Assembly: GCA_944372425.1 (NCBI GenBank)
Contig: CALVZC010000005.1
Location: 332-64,331, forward strand
Length of the DNA stretch: 64,000 bases
Source of the DNA: an uncultured Bacilli bacterium
GTDB lineage: Bacteria > Bacillota_I > Bacilli_A > RF39 > UBA660
Reading direction: 5' to 3'
Notes under the pieces: model-generated
What the model was told of the DNA's origin: nothing
What the model saw: the letters and a program-made list of their open reading frames with translations, nothing else
Databases searched by the model: none
Program-made: the position numbers and the translations under genes
In this document: positions 19,589-27,988 of the stretch, one piece after another
How positions within the stretch are numbered: the first letter of the stretch is position 1
How the letters are laid out: every line of letters begins with the position of its first letter

Positions 19589-21538
19589 ATGTTTGATATA
19601 CAAAATAGAAGATACACAGGAAGTAAATACAAATTAATGGACTGGATATCAAAGTTAATTAAGGAAAACTGTCCAAATTGTCGTTCGTTTTTTGATGTAT
19701 TTGCAGGGACTGGTTGTGTTACAGAATATATGTTTGAAAAATATGATAGGTTTATTATTAATGATTTTTTGTATTCTAATAATGTTATATATAATGGTTT
19801 CTTTTTGAACGAAGAATTTGATGAAAATAAACTATTAGATTATACAGAAAAATATAATAATCTTAAAATTAATAAAATTAAAGATAATTATGTATCTGAT
19901 AATTTTGGAAATAAATTTTTTAGTTATAATGATGCAAAAAAAATTGGATATATACGTGAAAATATTGAAAAAGAGTACAAGAAAAAAAATATAAACTTTA
20001 AAGAATATAATATTCTTGTTTCTTCACTTTTATACTCGTTTGATAAAATTGCGAATACATGTGGTCATTATGATGCATATAGGAAAATACAAAAAATAAG
20101 TGATTCATTTGAATTTAATTTAATTAATCCTAAAAAATATAATAATAAAATAGTTGAAATATATAGAAAAGATTCAAATAAGTTAGCAAGTGAAATCAAA
20201 TGTGATGTAGCATATATAGATCCTCCATATAATTCGAGACAATATAGTAGATTTTACCATGTTATGGAAAATATTGCACAATGGAAGAAACCAGAATTAT
20301 ATGGCGTTGCTATGAAACCTAAAGAGGAAAATATGTCAGAATATTGTAAGACGTCTGCTCCAATAGCATTCAATGATTTGATTCAAAAATTGGATACCAA
20401 ATATATAGTGGTTTCTTATAATAATACTTATGAATCAAAAAGTAGTTCATCAAAGAATAAAATAATATTAGAGGAAATAGAGACCATACTTTCTAATAAA
20501 GGCGATACTATAAAATTTGAAAAAAAATATAAAGCATTTACAACAGGAAAGACAGAGTTAAATGATCATAAAGAGTTTATATTTATTACTAAAGTAAAAC
20601 CTAACATAAAAAAAGAAATATCTTATCGTTCGCCATTATTTTATGTTGGAGATAAATATAAATTGATGCCAGAGATAAAAAAACATATGCCTACATATAT
20701 AAATAATTATATAGAACCTTTTGTAGGTGGAGGAAGTTCATTTTTGAATGTAAAAGCTAATCATTATTATGTTAATGATATAGATAGTGCTATAATTAGC
20801 ATTCATAAAGAATTACAAAAATATTCTAATGATAAAGATAAATTTTTTAAAAATATATTTGGTTTGATTAAAAAATATGGACTATCTTGTTCTTATAATG
20901 GTCATTTAGTTCCTAATGAATTAAAAGAACAATATAAAAAAACATATTATGCAAAATATAATAAAGACAATTATTTGAAACTAAGAAAAGACTATAATGC
21001 AAATAAAAATGATGTTTTAAAACTTTATTTGTTATTAATATATGGGTTTAATCATATGACGAGGTTTAACTCAAAAGGAGATTTTAATTTACCAGTAGGG
21101 AATGTAGATTTTAATAGTAATGTTTATAATTCATTAAATTATTATTTTGATTATATAAATAAAATAGATATAAATTATTTTAATTTGGATTATAAAGAAT
21201 TTGTAAGAGAATTAAAAATTGGCAAAAATGATTATGTATTATTAGATCCACCATATTTAATAAGTGATAGTGAATATAATAAACTATGGAATGAAAAACA
21301 TGAAATGGAATTATATGATTTTCTTGATGAATTAAATGCTAAAGGTATTAAATTTGGTATAACTAATCTTATGTGTCATAAGGGTCAAAAAAATAAATTT
21401 CTTGAAAAATGGTCAAAAAAATACAATGTATATGAAATTAATAGTAATTATATTAGTTTTAATGATAATACTGTTAAAATAAATTCAAAGGAGGTGTTTG
21501 TTACAAATTATGACAAAGAGGAGAAAACCAGAATATAA
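19589..21538 (+). CDS. fused two-domain D12-class adenine DNA methyltransferase (type IIS, FokI/AlwI-like)
   Basis: Two sets of motifs: DVFAGTG + YIDPPYN, and EPFVGGGS + LDPPY. Confidence 0.92.
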   Translation: MFDIQNRRYTGSKYKLMDWISKLIKENCPNCRSFFDVFAGTGCVTEYMFEKYDRFIINDFLYSNNVIYNGFFLNEEFDENKLLDYTEKYNNLKINKIKDNYVSDNFGNKFFSYNDAKKIGYIRENIEKEYKKKNINFKEYNILVSSLLYSFDKIANTCGHYDAYRKIQKISDSFEFNLINPKKYNNKIVEIYRKDSNKLASEIKCDVAYIDPPYNSRQYSRFYHVMENIAQWKKPELYGVAMKPKEENMSEYCKTSAPIAFNDLIQKLDTKYIVVSYNNTYESKSSSSKNKIILEEIETILSNKGDTIKFEKKYKAFTTGKTELNDHKEFIFITKVKPNIKKEISYRSPLFYVGDKYKLMPEIKKHMPTYINNYIEPFVGGGSSFLNVKANHYYVNDIDSAIISIHKELQKYSNDKDKFFKNIFGLIKKYGLSCSYNGHLVPNELKEQYKKTYYAKYNKDNYLKLRKDYNANKNDVLKLYLLLIYGFNHMTRFNSKGDFNLPVGNVDFNSNVYNSLNYYFDYINKIDINYFNLDYKEFVRELKIGKNDYVLLDPPYLISDSEYNKLWNEKHEMELYDFLDELNAKGIKFGITNLMCHKGQKNKFLEKWSKKYNVYEINSNYISFNDNTVKINSKEVFVTNYDKEEKTRI

Positions 21539-23060
21539 ACAACTTAATTTTGATACTGCTATGAGGAATCCTGAAAGATTAAAAGATGTTTTATTATTAA
21601 TTAAATCATATGAAGGAATAGAATTAAATGATAAAAATTTATTAGATATTGTTTGCGATATGTATGAAAGTGGTATTGTAAAAAGTGACGAATTTGATAT
21701 TAAAAAATTACATAATAGAGAGCAAATTCAAAAGAAAGTAATAGAAATTAATAGAACAAGAAATGGTGATGGGGGATTTCCAAAAGGTTATCAGTCAAGA
21801 TTTTGGACATACATGAGAACACTTTCCGAATTTGGTTTTGTTTATGCAAGGTATAATAAAAAACTCCTTATTGGAGATGTCGCAAAAAAATTAATTATTA
21901 ATGAGATAGATCCTCAAGAAGCATTTTCACTTCAAGCTATGAAATATAATTGGAGATCACCATATAAAAATGTTAGCAATGATTATAACTATTTTAAATT
22001 TATTATAAAAGTTTTAAAGGAACTAGATAAAAAAGACAAAAAATTAAGTTACAATCAGTTTGTAGTATCTTTATTCAGTAAAGAAGATAACGTTGAAAAA
22101 TTTTTAACAACGATTGAAAACAATTCATTTGCTACAGAAAATTCAGTTTATGAATATTTGAAAGAGGCATATGGCAAACAAAATAAATTTGGTACAGTCA
22201 TAAAAGATTATCCTGATACTGTTTTGAGAATGTTAAGAATTACTGGTTTTGTTAATATTGTTAATCAAGGTGTTTTATTAATTGAGTTTAATCATGATAG
22301 TGAAAAATTTGTAAATTATTTTTTAGAAAAAGAAGATGTTTTCACTGAAAACGAAAAAAATGTTGATATAGATTATTTTAATAAAATAAATATTATAGCA
22401 AATGATGAAATGAAACTAATAAAAACTAACAGAAATAGTAATATAGAAATTATGGATTATAATTTTATATTGAATAAGGTTGTTAGTGATTATAAATTAA
22501 ATATTGAATCGATACTAGAACATATTTCTAATATTGGAGTAAGAGGTAAAAACCTTGAATTTAAATATATAGATTATCCTTTGCAATTTGAATTTTATTT
22601 ATCAATTCTTTTATATTTAGTTTATGGTGAAACATATTCTGTTAGACCAAATTATAAGATTGATGCATATGGTATGCCTATATCTCATGCACCAGGTAAT
22701 TGCGGAGATATAGAGGTTGTTGGAAATGGTATATACTGGTTATTAGAAGTAACATTAATAAGAAATAAAGCACAACAATTGAACAATGAAACTGCTAATT
22801 TATTTAGGCATATTTCAGATCAAGAATGGGCTGAAAAATATATGTCATTAGTAGCCCCATATGTTCATGCTGATACTTATAAATTTTTCAATGCTTTAAT
22901 TGTTGACTATATTAGAGAACATGGAAAGAGTAATTTTAATGCTAAATGTTATACTGCAGATGAATTTATAAAAGAATGTACTTCTAAAAATATATTTGAT
23001 GATATGAAAAAATATACTCATGAATACAAACAAAGCTTATTAAATGCTTTAAATAGTTAA
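21498..23060 (+). CDS. AlwI-family type IIS restriction endonuclease
   Basis: N-terminal FDTAMRNPER, C-terminal P.SHAPGN.GDIE...LLEVTL, overlaps the MTase gene. Confidence 0.85.
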   Translation: MLQIMTKRRKPEYKQLNFDTAMRNPERLKDVLLLIKSYEGIELNDKNLLDIVCDMYESGIVKSDEFDIKKLHNREQIQKKVIEINRTRNGDGGFPKGYQSRFWTYMRTLSEFGFVYARYNKKLLIGDVAKKLIINEIDPQEAFSLQAMKYNWRSPYKNVSNDYNYFKFIIKVLKELDKKDKKLSYNQFVVSLFSKEDNVEKFLTTIENNSFATENSVYEYLKEAYGKQNKFGTVIKDYPDTVLRMLRITGFVNIVNQGVLLIEFNHDSEKFVNYFLEKEDVFTENEKNVDIDYFNKINIIANDEMKLIKTNRNSNIEIMDYNFILNKVVSDYKLNIESILEHISNIGVRGKNLEFKYIDYPLQFEFYLSILLYLVYGETYSVRPNYKIDAYGMPISHAPGNCGDIEVVGNGIYWLLEVTLIRNKAQQLNNETANLFRHISDQEWAEKYMSLVAPYVHADTYKFFNALIVDYIREHGKSNFNAKCYTADEFIKECTSKNIFDDMKKYTHEYKQSLLNALNS

Positions 23061-23134
23061 TATTTATGTGAATAAATAATTATTATATAAGCAGTAATAA
23101 AAAAGCATGAATATTTAGGGATTTTAAAAAATAG

Positions 23135-25289
23135 ATGCAAAGTCTGAAATATAAGGGAGGAACAATAATGGAAGTTGGTAAAAAGAAAATTTTAAATGGA
23201 TTTATTGGAGGTAATAACAGCACACAATTTGTTATACCTATTTATCAAAGAAATTATGTATGGGAAAAGAAAAATATTCTTCAATTATTAGAAGATATTG
23301 AAAAAATGATTCCTTATTATGATAATGAAGATGAAAATATTTTTTCATTTTTTTGGAAGTATTGTTTACATTGATACTTTACATAAAGGGTCATTTAGTG
23401 AATGGACCATAATAGATGGACAACAAAGATTAACAACAATATTTTTAATATTACAAGTATTAAAACAAATATATTATGAGCAAGAAAAAATAATAACAAA
23501 AAAATATTTATTGAATGATGAGGATATAATCAATACAAGTGATGAAATGGATAGGTATAGATTGAAACCTCTTGTAAGTGATGATAATGTTTATAAATTA
23601 ATATCAGATAACAAATTAGAACGTTTAACAGATTCAGAACAAAATTCAAATGTTTTAAAAGCTTATAATGTTATTAGAAAAGAGTTAGAAAAATGGAAAT
23701 CAAAGTATACGTTTGAAGAAATAATAGGTGCTATAGATAAATTTAAAGTAGTGTGGATACAATTAGATAAAAAAGAAGATCCACAACAAGTATTTGAATC
23801 AATAAATTCTACTGGAGTTAACTTGTCAGCAGCAGATTTGATTAGAAATTTTGTTTTGATGAACAAAGATAATTCAACTCAAACACACATATATAATGAA
23901 TATTGGAGTCCAATAGAATTTGATTATGTTGGTACAAAAAATTTAAAAGAATTTTTTAGATTTTATGTTTCAATTAAAGAGAAAATAACAATTCCAGAAA
24001 GAGAAGTTTACGAAAAATTCAAATTACAATATGAAAAATTGTTAGCAGAGCGTAATGAAGAAGAAATATTAAGTGAAATTTTAAATTATGCTAAATATTA
24101 CTATTATATTTCACATGATGCATCTGAAAGTAATAATCAAATTTTAGAAGAAATTCTTAAGGATTATAGAAATGCAAAATCAAATATGCCTCATATTGTG
24201 ATAATGGAAACAATGAATTTATATTTTAATAAACAAAGCATTGAAGAAAGTGACTTGTTAAATACTATAAAATTATTAACAACTTATATAGTGAGAAGAA
24301 ATATTTGTGGAATTGATACTAAATCAATTTCAAATATATTTGGTTCGATGCTTGGTAAGATACTAAAGAAATTTGATGAAGGCGAAAATTACTATAATTC
24401 TGTTTTAAAAACCTTTGTTGTTGATACAAGACTAACAAATCAGTTTATGCCAACTGATAAAACTGTCGAAGAAGAATTTAATAAATCAAATTTATATTCA
24501 AGAGAATCTACAACATTTGTATTGAAGAAAATAGAAAATAATGAATCAAGAATTCCATATTCAAATTTAAATGTCGAACATGTAATGCCTCAAACTGAAA
24601 CAAAATATTGGTCTAAATACATTAATGAAAATAGTATATATGAAGAAGTAGTTAATCGCATAGGTAATTTAACATTAGTTGATTCTAAAGATAATTCTAG
24701 TATGGGTAATAGAAATTTTGAAGCAAAAAAACAAGTATTAAATAAATCTAGACATATAAAAATGAATGAAGATATTTTAAATAAAGAAAATTGGAATGAA
24801 ACTAAGATTTTAGAAAGAAGTAAAAAATTGTCGCAAGAATTCATTAAAATATTTCCATATCCAGATATTGTTATTGATGAAACAGACGATATTTACATGC
24901 ATATAAATTTAAATGATGATTCTATCAATGATTATAAAGATTATGCATTTTCTAATCCTTTGGAAATTAGTATTGATGATAATAGCATTGATTTTAGTGG
25001 AAATTGGAGTGATGTTTTGGCTAGAATTTTAGTTGAGCTATATAGTTATGATACAGAAAGTTTTATTAAAGCATCTAAGGAGATAATAGATGAATATGGT
25101 TATAAGGGAATTCAAATAGCTAATAATCCTATAGGAATGAGAACACCTTATGAATTTATAGATGGCATGTTTGTAGAGATTAATACTAATACAATACATA
25201 AACTCTCATTAATGCAAAGGATGATTGCAAAAATGAATTATGAACCAAGAATTGTTATTACTTATATAACAAAAAATACTGAAATATAA
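23135..25289 (+). pseudogene. GmrSD-type (DUF262 + DUF1524) type IV restriction enzyme, +1 frameshift in a T6 run
   Basis: IPIYQRNYVW, FFGSIV, IIDGQQRLTT, VFESINSTG, VEHVMPQ...IGNLTL. One extra T at 23340-23345 splits the ORF. Confidence 0.88.
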
Positions 25290-25357
25290 TTATTAAAAGG
25301 GGAATGAAATCTTCTCCTTTTTTTGTTATAATATTTAACTAATAAGTTGGTGATATT

Positions 25358-26269
25358 ATGAATTATACAAATAAACAAATTAATAGAATACTACATATTC
25401 AAGACTTTTTAGGTACGGTTAATATTTTATCAAAGATATATAATGAATATGATCATAAAGAATTTATGGCTGATAATATAATTGAAAAACAATGTATATA
25501 TAAATTGTTTTGTTCTGCTATGTATAATTTAATAGATGCAATAAAAAAATCAAGTGAAATATTTGGTAATAGTAAATCATATAAATTATTCCAGCAAAAT
25601 ATTAATAAAAAATTTATAGCAGATAGAAATGAATTTTTAGAAAATGAAAATTATGAATCAAATTTATATAAAATATTGAGTCAAATAAGACATCAAAATA
25701 ATCATTTTGAAAGAGATGATAATGATGATACTATGTTATTTGAAATTTACATTGATTTTGAAATACTAGAAAAATTAAGAAAGATAACAAATAAAATATT
25801 TTATGAAATTTATAATGAGATGGATAAAAATAAAATAAAACAAATTACTTTATCTAGACCAAAAATAAAATATAATTTCGATAAATTTGATAAGAAAGTT
25901 GATTATGTAGAATTAAAATATCGCGAATCTACTAATGAAATAGATAAAATATTTGCCAAAGATAATGAAAGAGCAATTGAAATATTACGAGAATATTATA
26001 ATCCGAGCAATATTTTTGACTTAATGAGCAAAGATGAAAAAGCAATGAAAAAGTACGATTTTATTGATGAAGAGATGGAAGAACTATTTAATAAACAAGA
26101 TAAATATATTGCTGAAAATGGTAATGAATTGCAAAAAGAAACAATGAATTTATTAAAAGACTTTTTTATTAATAATGAAACAGTTACTAAAAATGAGTAT
26201 GATAAAAATATAAAACAACTTGTTGATAGGTTAAAAGAATTAAAAGAAAATTCAGAAGAAAATAACTAA
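25358..26269 (+). CDS. hypothetical helical protein with HEPN-like RxxxxH motif
   Basis: IRHQNNHF. Own TGTTATAAT promoter element upstream. Last gene of the island. Confidence 0.6.
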   Translation: MNYTNKQINRILHIQDFLGTVNILSKIYNEYDHKEFMADNIIEKQCIYKLFCSAMYNLIDAIKKSSEIFGNSKSYKLFQQNINKKFIADRNEFLENENYESNLYKILSQIRHQNNHFERDDNDDTMLFEIYIDFEILEKLRKITNKIFYEIYNEMDKNKIKQITLSRPKIKYNFDKFDKKVDYVELKYRESTNEIDKIFAKDNERAIEILREYYNPSNIFDLMSKDEKAMKKYDFIDEEMEELFNKQDKYIAENGNELQKETMNLLKDFFINNETVTKNEYDKNIKQLVDRLKELKENSEENN

Positions 26270-26519
26270 TTTTTAGGTATAGTTTTAGATACACAAATCC
26301 ATAAACTCTTATAAAATAAGGATTTTAATATTTTATAAAACTAGCCAAATTAGAACTGGATCACTCTCCTGAAGGATCCATAATGCTCATTTTTCACATT
26401 TATTTTTTTAGACTATTATTAACTGATACAGTTCTTTTTTCTAGAAAAAAAGAGTGTATGATATAAAATTTATAAAATGTGATGTATAATATTATAAAAA
26501 GATTTGGTGATGTCAATAA

Positions 26520-27170
26520 ATGAAGAATATAAAAAGAAATATTGTATATGTTGGTTATGATTCATATTACAAAGATACTCTTAAATTACGTGATACAAAA
26601 ATAAATAATATTAAACCAAATTTAATTAATATTGATACATTAGAAGAACTTGATAGAAAACAAGGATTCTTGTTGTTACTTACAATGGATGAATTATATG
26701 ATTATTTTCCTAATATAGTAGATATATTTGAACCAGATGTTTATGAAATTGATAGATATTTGAGAAAAAAGTTTAAAAATTTTGAATACGTAATTGTAAT
26801 TTCAATTGAAGAGTTTGATTATGGTCATATACCTTTTTCTAATATGTATGTATTATTTGCAAATAACTATTTCAATACAGACGAAGGTATTAATGTCTTA
26901 ATAGATAAAATATCTAAAGAATTTATATCTAAGAAAGAAAGTAAACTATCAAAAATAAAATTTAATAATATAGAAAAATTAAGAACTTTTATTAAAAAGT
27001 CTAAGAAAGATTTTTTTACAACAGAAGAAATAAAACAAAAATTAAATGTAAATGAAAAATGGATTCAAAGATATATGAAAGAAATGAATAATATTTATAA
27101 TAATATAGGCTATAATAAAAGAAAAAGGTTATGGTATGTTGTAAAAAAAACAACACGAAAAAATAAATAA
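26520..27170 (+). CDS. hypothetical protein with C-terminal DeoR/HTH_11-like helix-turn-helix
   Basis: FTTEEIKQKLNVNEKWIQRYMKEMN...Y. Confidence 0.6.
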   Translation: MKNIKRNIVYVGYDSYYKDTLKLRDTKINNIKPNLINIDTLEELDRKQGFLLLLTMDELYDYFPNIVDIFEPDVYEIDRYLRKKFKNFEYVIVISIEEFDYGHIPFSNMYVLFANNYFNTDEGINVLIDKISKEFISKKESKLSKIKFNNIEKLRTFIKKSKKDFFTTEEIKQKLNVNEKWIQRYMKEMNNIYNNIGYNKRKRLWYVVKKTTRKNK

Positions 27171-27179
27171 AAACAATGA

Positions 27180-27208
27180 AAAACGTAGAAATACGTTTTA
27201 TTTTTTTG
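27180..27208 (+). terminator. probable terminator
   Basis: AAAACGTA-gaaa-TACGTTTT followed by a T-run. Confidence 0.55.
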
Positions 27209-27283
27209 TCCATCACAAAACACTAGCCCAGCAAAAATTTTAATTAAGAGTTATAGTTATATCAAGAAAAGGAGGAATAGCAT

Positions 27284-27988
27284 ATGTTAGAGTTTGTTGA
27301 AAAACTATTAAGTTCACAAGATAACATTATAGATCAGCTAAAATTATTAAGAGAAAATAAAGATAATAAGGAGGTTAAGAAATATATGCGAGCTCTTGTT
27401 AAAAACAATAACTCGCCATATTTCAAATATTGTATTGACAAATATTATTTTAATAAAGATGTAAAGGAGGTAAAACCATCAATAAGACCATTAAGACCAC
27501 TGTATCATTTGAGAAAAACAAAAAAAATACAGAGTCTTTTAGAATCTAGAAATAATATTATTGATCAACTTAAGTTACTAAAAGAATATAAAGGTACTAA
27601 ATATGTTGATACTTATATTAAAGAATATTTAGAACTTTGGTCAAATGAGTACGAAGCTTACTGCATTCAAAAATATTACTATGATATGGATGTTAAAGAA
27701 GTAGAACCTAATGCCAAAAGTCTTAATATTACTTTATATAGAATTTCTTTTAGAGAAACAGAAAGTAAACAAGAAAAAGACAAACAAAATGGTTATGCAA
27801 AATCAATCAAGAAAAACGATAAAATAAAAATACTAGATGGTCCTTTTAAAAATCAAATCGGAATAGTAAATTCCTTTGATAGAGATAATTCTAAAATATT
27901 TGTTACAATTTCTCTTTTTGAAGAAAAATTTAATATAGAATATGATGGTAAGTTTGAAAAAATTAAGGAGGCTAAAAGTGAAAAATAG
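27284..27988 (+). CDS. protein with two ~58-aa internal repeats and a C-terminal NusG-type KOW domain
   Basis: LL.S..NIIDQLKLL.E.K...YCI.KYY...DVKEV.P occurs twice. KOW: DKIKILDGPFKNQIGIV...V.ISLF. Confidence 0.8.
   Translation: MLEFVEKLLSSQDNIIDQLKLLRENKDNKEVKKYMRALVKNNNSPYFKYCIDKYYFNKDVKEVKPSIRPLRPLYHLRKTKKIQSLLESRNNIIDQLKLLKEYKGTKYVDTYIKEYLELWSNEYEAYCIQKYYYDMDVKEVEPNAKSLNITLYRISFRETESKQEKDKQNGYAKSIKKNDKIKILDGPFKNQIGIVNSFDRDNSKIFVTISLFEEKFNIEYDGKFEKIKEAKSEK

Larger units (their letters stand above)
7600..26390. mobile_element. degenerate integrative mobilizable element / defence island (boundaries approximate)
   Basis: Contains tyrosine integrase, MobV relaxase, RepA-like AAA_25 helicase, Xis-like and HTH repressor genes. 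Related direct-repeat motifs TTTTAGGTA...G(G/A)TACACAAAT lie at 7673-7699 and 26271-26298. No exact att core was found. Confidence 0.65.

Noticed and set aside
26355-26372. CTGGATCACTCTCCT resembling the 16S rRNA 3' end, or an att repeat of 7585-7602
   Set aside because: Short and imperfect. Only about half the positions match the left-hand sequence, and there is no rRNA context.
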